Source: Bacteriovoracaceae bacterium (GTDB taxonomy: Bacteria > Bdellovibrionota > Bacteriovoracia > Bacteriovoracales > Bacteriovoracaceae). Taken from it: a DNA stretch of 64,000 nt. Shown here in pieces: positions 47,586 to 56,558 of the stretch; the stretch's first letter is position 1; each line of letters starts with the position of its first letter. The DNA is taken from positions 1,656,146-1,720,145 of the forward strand of contig OZ244226.1 of assembly GCA_965217035.1 (NCBI GenBank), read 5' to 3'. A program made the translations under genes and the position numbers. Under the pieces are notes generated by a model. It saw nothing but the letters and a program-made list of their open reading frames with translations. It had not been told where the DNA came from and ran no database searches.

Positions 47586-48659
47586 ATGAAACGAACAAGT
47601 CTTTACAATAAACACATTGCTGCAAATGGCAGAATGGTCGATTTTGCTGGTTGGGAAATGCCTGTTCAATATTCGAATCTTAAAGAAGAAATTCTAGCTG
47701 TCAGAAATAAGGTTGGAGTTTTTGATGTCAGTCATATGGGAGAGTTTTGGGTCACAGGAGCTGATGCTTTCTCATTTATTGATAAACTTATCCCGAACAG
47801 TTTTGACGTTGAGATTGGTAAAGCCGTTTATTCTCCACTTTTGAATAAAGAAGGAAAAATGCTTGATGACCTTATCGTTTATAAGGTTGGAGAAAAAAAA
47901 GTTTTGATCTGCGTGAATGCTGCTAATGTTGAGAAAGATTGGAATTGGATTGAAAGCGTTTGGAAAGATTCTGGTTTGAATTGTGAAGTCAGAAATAGCT
48001 CTGAAGATTATTCTCTTTTAGCGATTCAAGGTCCTGGAACTGAAGAAGTGATGGAGAAGGTTTTTAGCATAGATTTTTCAGATACGCCTTATTATGGAGT
48101 AAAAACTCATGGTGATGAAAACGGTGAATGGGTTTTCGCTCGCACAGGTTATACGGGAGAAGATGGTTTCGAAGTTTTTGGGAATCATGAGCAAATAAAC
48201 TGGCTCTGGGACCAATTTATCTCTTCCGGTGTTGAACCTTGCGGATTAGGGGCAAGAGACACACTTCGCTTGGAAGTTTGCTATCCACTCTACGGCAATG
48301 AACTAAATGAATCTCTAACGCCTCTTGATTCGGGATTGAAGTGGACAACCAAGCTTGATAAGACTGACTTTGTGGGAAAATCAGCCTTGCTTGATTACCA
48401 ACCGCAAAAAAGGCTTATTAAACTCTCACTCGAGAAGGGAATTCCGAGAGCGGGCTATCCAGTTTTAAATGGGGCAGGCGAGACAATAGGTGAAATTACT
48501 TCGGGAACGATGTCACCGATCTTGAATAAAGGAATCGCTCTTGCTTTAATAGAGAGAGAAAAGTTTCCAGAAAATAAGTCGTTCCAGGTTGAGATTCGAG
48601 GGAAGCAATACTCAGCGACTTATCATACTAAGGCATTTGTCCAGGGAGGTCATAAGTAA
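47586..48659 (+). CDS. gcvT: Glycine cleavage aminomethyltransferase T
   Basis: FAGWEMPVQY, FDVSHMG, RTGYTGEDGFE, GLGARDTLRLE. Confidence 0.97.
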   Translation: MKRTSLYNKHIAANGRMVDFAGWEMPVQYSNLKEEILAVRNKVGVFDVSHMGEFWVTGADAFSFIDKLIPNSFDVEIGKAVYSPLLNKEGKMLDDLIVYKVGEKKVLICVNAANVEKDWNWIESVWKDSGLNCEVRNSSEDYSLLAIQGPGTEEVMEKVFSIDFSDTPYYGVKTHGDENGEWVFARTGYTGEDGFEVFGNHEQINWLWDQFISSGVEPCGLGARDTLRLEVCYPLYGNELNESLTPLDSGLKWTTKLDKTDFVGKSALLDYQPQKRLIKLSLEKGIPRAGYPVLNGAGETIGEITSGTMSPILNKGIALALIEREKFPENKSFQVEIRGKQYSATYHTKAFVQGGHK

Positions 48660-49042
48660 TGGCAACTCAAATTCCAGAAAATCTAAAGTACACTAAAGAG
48701 CACGAATGGGCCTTATTCCAAGACAATATTATCACTGTTGGGATTACTGATTTTGCTCAATCATCTCTTGGAGATATTGTTTTTGTTGAACTTCCAGAAG
48801 TAGGAAGGGGATTGGGAAAAGACGAAGCTTTTGGTGTTGTTGAATCTATTAAATCAGTTTCAGATCTTTATTCTCCTGTGGCAGGAGAAGTCGTTGAGAT
48901 TAATGAGGCACTGACAGATAATCCTGAGTCTCTCAATCAAACTCCGTATGATAGTTGGATGATTAAAATCAAAGTTGAAAATGATGGTGAATATAATTCA
49001 CTTTTATCGAGCTCTGATTATTCGACTTTATGCGAGGGATAA
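48659..49042 (+). CDS. gcvH: Glycine cleavage H protein
   Basis: YTKEHEW, GITDFAQ..LGD, VESIKSVSD lipoyl motif. Confidence 0.97.
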   Translation: MATQIPENLKYTKEHEWALFQDNIITVGITDFAQSSLGDIVFVELPEVGRGLGKDEAFGVVESIKSVSDLYSPVAGEVVEINEALTDNPESLNQTPYDSWMIKIKVENDGEYNSLLSSSDYSTLCEG

Positions 49043-49854
49043 TATTTTTATTTCCTTTAATTCTTTCATGTAGTGAGGGTAATTACGATTACTCAATCAG
49101 TGATGTGAAAGCGACTTCAGAGGTGTTCGTTGCTTCACTTGGAAACTTAATGGACGAAGTTTCGGGAGGAGGATTTTCGCGTTCATCACTTTGTCTTGAT
49201 AGAGCTGGGATTCAGTCTTGTAATAGCGGCAGACAGTCTATTACTTATAATGGTTGTGAAGCTTCCTCAACTCTTATAACTGGAACCGTAACCTTAGAGT
49301 ATTCAGATAATGGCTGCAGTATCGGATCTTTAAATAATACTGTGACAAGAGAAATTGATCTCACTCGAAACAATAATGATGATAGTCAGGACCAAGTTTT
49401 TGATTCAATAAGACCTGATTTTCTTGGAAGCACTTATGGAGGAGGAGTTCGTCTGACTTCGTTTTCTACGACAAGTCATCAGTTGGAGTTTTTAGGCAAG
49501 CATATTTCAACCACAAGAAGTTCTGGGTTTGAAGGTTTTTTAGTCAGCATGAGAACCACAACTCCGATTTCAGTAACAACAAGCAGTTCAAGTCTTGGAA
49601 GAAGTGGTCGTTTTCTTAGCGGTGGAGTTGTTGAAATGGCCCATAACCGACTTGATTATCTGACAACCTATACAATCGGAAGTCTGAGCTATTCAACTAG
49701 CTGTTGCCATCCTTTAACAGGGACGATTACTTTTGATATCTCTAAGGGAGCTGAAGGATCTGGCCAAATACTCTTCAATAATAGCTGTGGATCAGCTTCT
49801 TTGACGTTGGGTGATGTGACTGAAACAATGTTTATAGGAGACTGTAACTATTGA
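49030..49854 (+). CDS. Ser/Thr/Gly/Cys-rich lipoprotein
   Basis: ILSC lipobox; overlaps both neighbours. Confidence 0.7.
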   Translation: MRGIIFLFPLILSCSEGNYDYSISDVKATSEVFVASLGNLMDEVSGGGFSRSSLCLDRAGIQSCNSGRQSITYNGCEASSTLITGTVTLEYSDNGCSIGSLNNTVTREIDLTRNNNDDSQDQVFDSIRPDFLGSTYGGGVRLTSFSTTSHQLEFLGKHISTTRSSGFEGFLVSMRTTTPISVTTSSSSLGRSGRFLSGGVVEMAHNRLDYLTTYTIGSLSYSTSCCHPLTGTITFDISKGAEGSGQILFNNSCGSASLTLGDVTETMFIGDCNY

Positions 49855-50387
49855 TTGTTTTAGGAATTGACCCTGGTTCAAGGAAGACTGGATTTGGTTT
49901 AATCGAAGTTAAAGGAAACCAAGTCAAATACATTCATTCTGAAACCGCAAAATTTAATCTTAAAAATGAATTTCTTCAAAGAGTGCCTGAGATCTTTGAA
50001 AGAACAACGGAAATTACAAAAAAATTTAATCCTGGTTTTATTTCGATTGAGTCACTGATTTATGTAAAGAGCCCAACGGCCCTAATTAAATTAGCTCAGA
50101 CAAGAGGAATTATACTTTCAGCTCTTGCAAATCTTAATTACCAGGACAAGATTTTTGAATATTCTCCAAACCTCGTGAAATCAGCAACAACGGGTTACGG
50201 TCACACTGATAAGCTCGGTGCTCAAAAGTTTCTTAATACAGTTCTCGGTCCTCGAAAATATTCAACAGACGATGAAAGTGATGCGCTGTTAATTGCCATG
50301 TGTCACGCATTCCAGCACAATAACTCTAAAGCAAATAAAAAAACCGGAAAAGGTTCTTTGGCACAAGCTGTGTCACATAGAATTTAA
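49851..50387 (+). CDS. ruvC: Holliday junction resolvase
   Basis: LGIDPGS..TGFG, EYSP..VK..TGYG, DESDAL.IA.CH. Confidence 0.95.
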   Translation: MIVLGIDPGSRKTGFGLIEVKGNQVKYIHSETAKFNLKNEFLQRVPEIFERTTEITKKFNPGFISIESLIYVKSPTALIKLAQTRGIILSALANLNYQDKIFEYSPNLVKSATTGYGHTDKLGAQKFLNTVLGPRKYSTDDESDALLIAMCHAFQHNNSKANKKTGKGSLAQAVSHRI

Positions 50388-50398
50388 AGGAGCTTTGT

Positions 50399-50986
50399 AT
50401 GTTAGGTTTCATTGAAGGTGAAGTTCTTCATCAAGATGATAGCAAAGTTTTAATTAAAACAACTCAAGGAGTTGGTTACGAAGTTTTCTATACAAGTCGT
50501 GTAGAAAGTTCAAGTTGTTCACTTTATCTGTCACAAATCTTTAAAGAAAAATCAGTTGAACTTTATGGCTTTAAGACTCTAATAGAAAAAAAGAATTTTG
50601 AACTTCTTTTAGGTGTGAATGGAGTGGGACCTAAATCAGCCTATTCACTGGTTAGCACTTTAGGAGTTGAAAGTTTATCTGATGCGATTGCAATGGAAGA
50701 TATTAAAACGATTAAAAAAGCTCCTGGAATTGGTCCGAAAGCAGCAAAGCAAATAGTTCTCGATCTTAAAGGAAAGATTGCGACAAATGGTCTTTCAATG
50801 GATCTTGAAAGTTCGAGTTCTAAGGTCACTTCTTTTTCTCTTTATCAGGAAGCAATGGGAGCTTTTAAAGAACTTGGTTTTAATGAAATTGAAATTGCCC
50901 ATGTCTTAAAAGAAAAGATCAAAGAAAATACATACAGTAAGTCTGAAGAACTTATTCGAGTCGTTCTTCAAGAAATTAATCACTAA
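50399..50986 (+). CDS. ruvA: Holliday junction branch migration protein
   Basis: GVGYEV, LYGF, V.GVGPKSA, PGIGPK.A. Confidence 0.95.
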   Translation: MLGFIEGEVLHQDDSKVLIKTTQGVGYEVFYTSRVESSSCSLYLSQIFKEKSVELYGFKTLIEKKNFELLLGVNGVGPKSAYSLVSTLGVESLSDAIAMEDIKTIKKAPGIGPKAAKQIVLDLKGKIATNGLSMDLESSSSKVTSFSLYQEAMGAFKELGFNEIEIAHVLKEKIKENTYSKSEELIRVVLQEINH

Positions 50987-50994
50987 GGGAATTC

Positions 50995-52002
50995 ATGGAA
51001 TTAGAAACCTCTCAAGACGAAAACTTTTTCAATCCAAATGTCGGAAATATTCAAGAGCTTCATGAAGATAAAAGATTAAGACCAGCAAATTTCCAAGAGT
51101 TTATTGGGCAAAAACTTGTCGTCTCCAATATTGATATTATGGTTAAGTCAGCTATCAAGCGTGAAGCAGCAATGGATCATGCTCTTTTCTCTGGTCCTCC
51201 TGGCTTAGGAAAAACCTCGCTTGCTATGCTTATTGCTGAGGAGTTGAACTCTGAGCTTCATATGATTTCAGGTCCTGCTATTGAAAAGAAAGGTGATCTT
51301 GCCGCTATTCTTACGAACTTGAAACCAAGAGATGTCCTTTTTATTGATGAAATTCATAGAATTCATATTTCAGTCGAAGAGATTCTTTATTCAGCAATTG
51401 AAGACTTCAGACTTGATATCCTTGTTGGGCAAGGTGCAGCTGCAAGAACCTTAAAAATTGATTTGGCTCCTTTTACTTTAATTGGTGCAACAACAAGATC
51501 AGGGCTTTTATCAAATCCGCTTCGTGATCGGTTTATGGCGAGTTTTCATTTTGATTTTTATAATTCAGATGATCTTATTCAAATTATCGATATCAATTGT
51601 AAAAAATTAAATTTGAAAATTTCAACTCAAGCTAAAGGTGAGATGGCCAAAAGAGCGAGAGGAACACCGAGAATCGCCAATAGAATTCTTAGAAGAGTTC
51701 GTGATTATGCTATTGTTAAAGATTGTGAAGAGATTTCTAAGAATGAAGTCGTTAAGGCTTTGGAGATGCTTGATATTGATCATTATGGCTTGGATTCTAT
51801 GGATAGAAGAATCATGACAGTTATGAAGGATTATTATAGCGGTGGGCCTGTTGGAATAGAAGCACTTTGTGCAACTCTTGGAGAAGATAGAACAACACTT
51901 GAAGAGGTTTATGAACCTTATCTGCTTAAAGAAGGTTTTATTCTGAGGACGCCGCGAGGAAGGACTCTTTCGGAAAAGGCGATGGAGCATCTCGAGTCAT
52001 GA
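50995..52002 (+). CDS. ruvB: Holliday junction helicase
   Basis: LRP, GPPGLGKT, FIDEIHR, ATTRSG, RGTPR. Confidence 0.98.
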   Translation: MELETSQDENFFNPNVGNIQELHEDKRLRPANFQEFIGQKLVVSNIDIMVKSAIKREAAMDHALFSGPPGLGKTSLAMLIAEELNSELHMISGPAIEKKGDLAAILTNLKPRDVLFIDEIHRIHISVEEILYSAIEDFRLDILVGQGAAARTLKIDLAPFTLIGATTRSGLLSNPLRDRFMASFHFDFYNSDDLIQIIDINCKKLNLKISTQAKGEMAKRARGTPRIANRILRRVRDYAIVKDCEEISKNEVVKALEMLDIDHYGLDSMDRRIMTVMKDYYSGGPVGIEALCATLGEDRTTLEEVYEPYLLKEGFILRTPRGRTLSEKAMEHLES

Positions 52003-52601
52003 AATATCTTATCCTTCTGTTTCCACTGATTGCTTACTCCCAAAAATGCCCTAAAGACATCGATGCAGGTCTCTCGAGTTGTAAAGAAATTAGTTGTATT
52101 CGAGATGATTCGAAGATGCTGAATATTGTTTTTGGAGTTAAAGAAATTTTTGTGACTAATATTTCAGTTAAGAAGAGGGGAAGTGATTGCGTTGTTGAAT
52201 ATAAGAGTGACTGGACAGGGAGTCAAACTTGTAAATTTCCTCTTAAGTATCTCAAACAAATGAGCAGCATTATGGGAGATTCGAATAGTACAGAAGCTCT
52301 TAGTATGTTTGTTGTGATGACAAAGCTTTCAAAAGCGAAATCAAAAAAAGAGTTTGATGCTGCTCAAAAACAAATGAGCTCTTTTCAGAATAAAATGATG
52401 GCTAAGCAAATTGAAGTGAAGAAATTCATGGATGAAAATAAAGAAATTGCAAGTAGGCTTAATACATTTTGTAAGCTTGATGAAAGTTCTGGAAAAACTG
52501 AAAAGTTAAAGAAGTATAAAAACTATATGAAACGAATCAGTGATAGTATGGTTAAAATTCAGCAAAAGATTCAAAAGAAAATGCTTCAGTTTTCGAAATA
52601 A
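51999..52601 (+). CDS. Hypothetical secreted protein
   Basis: Signal peptide, several Cys, basic helical C-terminus. Confidence 0.65.
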   Translation: MKYLILLFPLIAYSQKCPKDIDAGLSSCKEISCIRDDSKMLNIVFGVKEIFVTNISVKKRGSDCVVEYKSDWTGSQTCKFPLKYLKQMSSIMGDSNSTEALSMFVVMTKLSKAKSKKEFDAAQKQMSSFQNKMMAKQIEVKKFMDENKEIASRLNTFCKLDESSGKTEKLKKYKNYMKRISDSMVKIQQKIQKKMLQFSK

Positions 52602-53039
52602 TCAGTCCCCAATATATTCAGAGCAAGTCACACTTGTGACTCTGGTACGGCAATGAGTTGTATCAAGTTCTGATATATCTCCATTTTCCTTGAGAGTCAG
52701 AGTGCTACGACATAAAAAATTTCTCTTTGTTTGAGCAGTGTGAAACTTTTGAAAGTCAAAGAGGGCACAAATTCCTTTTGGACTAATTCTTCCTCCGCTG
52801 ATTTTTTCCATTTCTCCTTTATAAGAAACTTTAGGATTGATGATATTAACGGATCCATCTCCGTTATCACGGTTGATTTCTTCTGCTTCAACTTTTCCAC
52901 CTTTTAAAGTAGAAATTGCTTTAGCGATATCACTTCTTGAAAGAGTGATTTTCTCTCCAAGGTGATTTTCTATTTCGATAACTTCCTCAGCAAATGAGGT
53001 AAGCGAGAAGAATATTAATAAAGACAAGAGTGTTTTCAT
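52602..53039 (-). CDS. Hypothetical secreted protein
   Basis: Signal peptide (SFA), 4 Cys. Confidence 0.65.
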   Translation of the reverse strand: MKTLLSLLIFFSLTSFAEEVIEIENHLGEKITLSRSDIAKAISTLKGGKVEAEEINRDNGDGSVNIINPKVSYKGEMEKISGGRISPKGICALFDFQKFHTAQTKRNFLCRSTLTLKENGDISELDTTHCRTRVTSVTCSEYIGD

Positions 53040-53156
53040 TTTAAAACCTTAAAAGTTCATATAAATAATAATGATATTTTATCAAAAAATTTAATGGGAT
53101 TAATTGATGACTGGAATCCTTTCAAGGGGTGGCTGAAAGTTAGACAATAAAGAGGT

Positions 53157-54674
53157 TTAAGGTCTTACGAGTTCGCCCTCTTCGTCATAATTAGGACATT
53201 GGTTTCTTTTAAATTCGTCATTGAAGCCCCAGCGAGCTTCGTAATTGTCATTAGGGTTGGTTGAGAGGCTAGAAACCCATATCTCTTGTCCTTGTTTATT
53301 CACTCCAATATTTGGATTTCTATAACGCCAGATAAAATCAGAAACTTTAAAATCTTGATTTTCAAAACTGACACCTGCACAGAGCTTTTTAAAGAGTTGT
53401 TGTTCGAATTTAACTGTTGCTTTGGGAATATCACTTTTTTCATATCCCCATTTTTCATTAGCCTTGTAGTCGTTCCAGATAAACCAAGGAACGAGCATAT
53501 CTTGATATTCTCTGGAATAGTGCTTTTCTGGGTTGAGCTCGACATATTTATCCCAGGCATCAAATAGAGTTACTATTTCAGCCATTGTGGTGGCATCGCG
53601 AGAAGGAGTGGAGAGTTTTCGGTAGCTTTCTGGATTAAAGCATCCATTTTGGTCAAAGTATTTTCTTCCTTCGCGGGTATCCTTGATATCTATAAGTCTC
53701 AAGGCATCATCTACGACGATTGATCTTTGATAAAACAAAGTACAAATATTTTGAACTTTCCTTTTGATTTCTTGATCAATGCTTTCATCTCTCAGTTGAA
53801 GACTTTGAAAGAAAATAGAGAAGAATTTTTTATCATTGATATATTTATATTGATTGAATGAAAAACCCCAATACTTCATTAAACCAGAGAAACTCTCATT
53901 TTTTCTTTTGATTCCCGCTTCTGAAACTTTTTCTTTAGAGCTTTGAGTTCTTATACTATAAGTTTCCCAATCGCCACCTGTAGGGATAAATCTTTTCATT
54001 CCCCAGCCATAACCTGTTGGTTTGTACTTTGGGAGACCTTTTAAAAGAAAGAGATCGGAGATTTGAACCATAAGAGTATCGTAAAGTAAGTGAAAATGAC
54101 CAAGAGGACTAATGTCTTTGATCATATAGGAATGCCGGTCTGTTTTAACAGGTGAGACATAAATATCACCAGGAGCAACTTTTTTGGGATCAACCGGGAG
54201 TGTATCTCTAAAAGCAAGACCGTAAGTATCTGCAATATTCTCATTAATCCAATTAAGGAAAACACGTAATCCTTTGAGTTCTTTTATTTTTTCTTCACTT
54301 AAAGAACTTCTAAACTCTGGGTCTAATCCTTCTGGAAATTTATCAGCTCTGTCCCGTGCTCCTCCAGCTATATAAGAATCGCGATTACTATAATATTTTC
54401 TGGAAGTTCCCAGAGTATTTTTAATTTTAAAGGGGAGCTTGTTTTCATAAGCAAAGATCGCTCGAAGAGAGTAAATCATATCAGCACAATCAGTATCGAG
54501 ATGATAATAAGGGCTTTTGGGATCGGTGAAAATATTCTTTTTAACTGCATCTTTTACCCATTTCTGATACTTCTTCTCAGCATTAACACTCCATTTATTT
54601 GTATCTTCCCAAACGATGGAAGAAGCATCTGTGGCTGCAAAAACAAGAGCGAGTAAAACGAGTAAAAAACGCAT
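53157..54674 (-). CDS. Secreted protein with possible NlpC/P60-like Cys-His dyad
   Basis: Signal peptide; DCAD...PGDIYV....RHSYMI. Confidence 0.55.
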   Translation of the reverse strand: MRFLLVLLALVFAATDASSIVWEDTNKWSVNAEKKYQKWVKDAVKKNIFTDPKSPYYHLDTDCADMIYSLRAIFAYENKLPFKIKNTLGTSRKYYSNRDSYIAGGARDRADKFPEGLDPEFRSSLSEEKIKELKGLRVFLNWINENIADTYGLAFRDTLPVDPKKVAPGDIYVSPVKTDRHSYMIKDISPLGHFHLLYDTLMVQISDLFLLKGLPKYKPTGYGWGMKRFIPTGGDWETYSIRTQSSKEKVSEAGIKRKNESFSGLMKYWGFSFNQYKYINDKKFFSIFFQSLQLRDESIDQEIKRKVQNICTLFYQRSIVVDDALRLIDIKDTREGRKYFDQNGCFNPESYRKLSTPSRDATTMAEIVTLFDAWDKYVELNPEKHYSREYQDMLVPWFIWNDYKANEKWGYEKSDIPKATVKFEQQLFKKLCAGVSFENQDFKVSDFIWRYRNPNIGVNKQGQEIWVSSLSTNPNDNYEARWGFNDEFKRNQCPNYDEEGELVRP

Positions 54675-54902
54675 GGGAGACCCTAAAATCCTTTGTTATT
54701 AGTATTTTAGAAGGTTTTGGAGTCGCTCTCAGGTCAAGAGTAATTATTACAAGGTCGTGCTTAGTAACTGGACAGACCTATGCAAAATCTGATTAAGAGA
54801 GTAGGCTAAAGGATTGAAATTAGGTGGAAAAGCTCGAAGTTTTGAGGGCTTGCGATATAATTAAATATGAGTTGAAGACAATAAAATAAGTTAACTAAAA
54901 TA

Positions 54903-55823
54903 ATGATATATCAAAGAACAATTGCTGAAAGTACACAAGTCACTGGAATCGGAATTCATTCCGGTAAACGTGTAACGATGAAGTTGCATCCAGCAGAGGA
55001 TGATATAGGAATTGTATTTGTGAGAACAGATCTTCCTGGAGCCCCTCGAATTAAAGCGCATGCTCAAAATGTTGGTGCAACTGAAAACAACACGGCTATC
55101 GGCGAAGGAAGAGATGCGGTTCATACGATTGAACATCTCCTCTCAGCTTTTTATGGTCTTGGTATTAATAACGTCATTGTTGAGATTGATGGACCAGAAG
55201 TTCCAATCATGGATGGCTCTAGTGTTTCTTTTGTTTTTCTTTTAAAAGAAATTGGACTCAAAAACTTAAGTCAATCAAAAAAACTTCTCATTATTAAAGA
55301 GCCAATAAAAGTTGAATTTGGAGATAAGTGGGCGACGATTGAACCCTCGAAAAAACTTATTATTGATTCAACGATTATTTTTGCTCATCCGATTATCAAA
55401 AATCAAAGATTTGAATTTGAATTCAATTGCGAGTCTTATATCAACGAGATTTGCAGGGCCCGTACGTTTGGATTTGTTAAAGATGTCGATATGCTGAAGA
55501 AGAAAGGACTGGCTAAAGGCGCCTCATTAGCCAATGCTGTTGGACTTGATGACTTCAAAGTAATGAATCCGGAAGGTCTCCGTTTTGTTGATGAATTTGT
55601 TCGCCATAAAGTTCTCGATACTATCGGAGATGTTAGTCTTTTAGGCTATGAGCTTGCTGGAAAGATCACTACTTATAAGTCTGGTCACCATGTTCACAAC
55701 CTTCTTTGTCGTAAAATTCTAGAGAATCCAAATAGTTTTGAAATTTCTTCTATTGCAACGATGGCCCCAGAGATAAAAGATAGTTATAAACTTCCTTCTA
55801 ACGTGCGTGTTCCTGCGCTTTAA
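54903..55823 (+). CDS. lpxC: UDP-3-O-acyl-GlcNAc deacetylase
   Basis: QRTI, GIGIHSG, TIEHLLSA, PIMDGS, RARTFGF, RHKVLD.IGD, GH. Confidence 0.98.
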   Translation: MIYQRTIAESTQVTGIGIHSGKRVTMKLHPAEDDIGIVFVRTDLPGAPRIKAHAQNVGATENNTAIGEGRDAVHTIEHLLSAFYGLGINNVIVEIDGPEVPIMDGSSVSFVFLLKEIGLKNLSQSKKLLIIKEPIKVEFGDKWATIEPSKKLIIDSTIIFAHPIIKNQRFEFEFNCESYINEICRARTFGFVKDVDMLKKKGLAKGASLANAVGLDDFKVMNPEGLRFVDEFVRHKVLDTIGDVSLLGYELAGKITTYKSGHHVHNLLCRKILENPNSFEISSIATMAPEIKDSYKLPSNVRVPAL

Positions 55824-55900
55824 AATCGACTAAAAACTAACATATTTTGAAAAGTTTACAGATAGCTAGCTTTAGATATTTTCATCTTGATATTATATAA

Positions 55901-56344
55901 GTGATGAAAAGTTTTCTAATGACATTACTGCTGGGATCTTATTCCTTAAACCTAATGGCTGAGGATAAATGTTTTAAAAGCGATACCTTACTTTGTTACG
56001 AAGCTAACGGAGAGGCAATGATGCTCATAGTGAAAAATTCTAATGAGGATCTTCGAGGAAGACATGCCAGTGAAAAGAATGCAACTTTTAGCTCTATTGA
56101 ACAATTTCAATATAAAGCCGAAGGTAATTCGAATCATGTTTATGAAAGCCAATTTGGTTCGATTACTCTTCGTTGCGATGAAAGCAATTTAAACTACACT
56201 TATATTAATTCTTCATTCTTTACTAAACTTGCTAACTCAGATGGAAATGTTTTTTGTCAGAGCTTCCCCTCCTATACAATCAAATACGATATAAGAAATA
56301 TCTCGAAAGACTATGTCTATTATTACCTAGATGAACTTTTATAA
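55901..56344 (+). CDS. Hypothetical secreted protein
   Basis: Signal peptide, 4 Cys. Confidence 0.6.
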   Translation: MMKSFLMTLLLGSYSLNLMAEDKCFKSDTLLCYEANGEAMMLIVKNSNEDLRGRHASEKNATFSSIEQFQYKAEGNSNHVYESQFGSITLRCDESNLNYTYINSSFFTKLANSDGNVFCQSFPSYTIKYDIRNISKDYVYYYLDELL

Positions 56345-56430
56345 GCCGTTCTTTAAGAATTTTTCAGGGACTTGAATCTTTGGAATATAGTTATTTGACT
56401 AAGAAGCAGAGCGGTAATACATATAAAATT

Positions 56431-56557
56431 GTAGTGATTCGGTTTTGACTCTTCAGACAGGAAAGGGAGACTGAAGCACCAAGGCGTACCGCTTTGGTAC
56501 GTCGCAGACGTTAAGTGTTGAAGCTTGACGAACCTGAGGATTAAAACAGGATTATTA
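56431..56557 (+). ncRNA. Structured RNA upstream of proS (6S-like rod or regulatory leader)
   Basis: Long closing helix 56434-56456/56534-56555, purine-rich bubble, inner GGCGTACC/GGTACGTC hairpin. Confidence 0.45.
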
Positions 56558-56558
56558 A

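Noticed and set aside
47586..49042. gcvP missing after gcvT-gcvH; tuf missing after the Thr-Tyr-Gly tRNAs
   Set aside because: Probably ordinary rearrangements; absence cannot be judged from one window
56400..56558. T-box riboswitch before proS
   Set aside because: No GGTGG-ACC antiterminator bulge, AGAGA/GNTG stem I motifs or terminator visible
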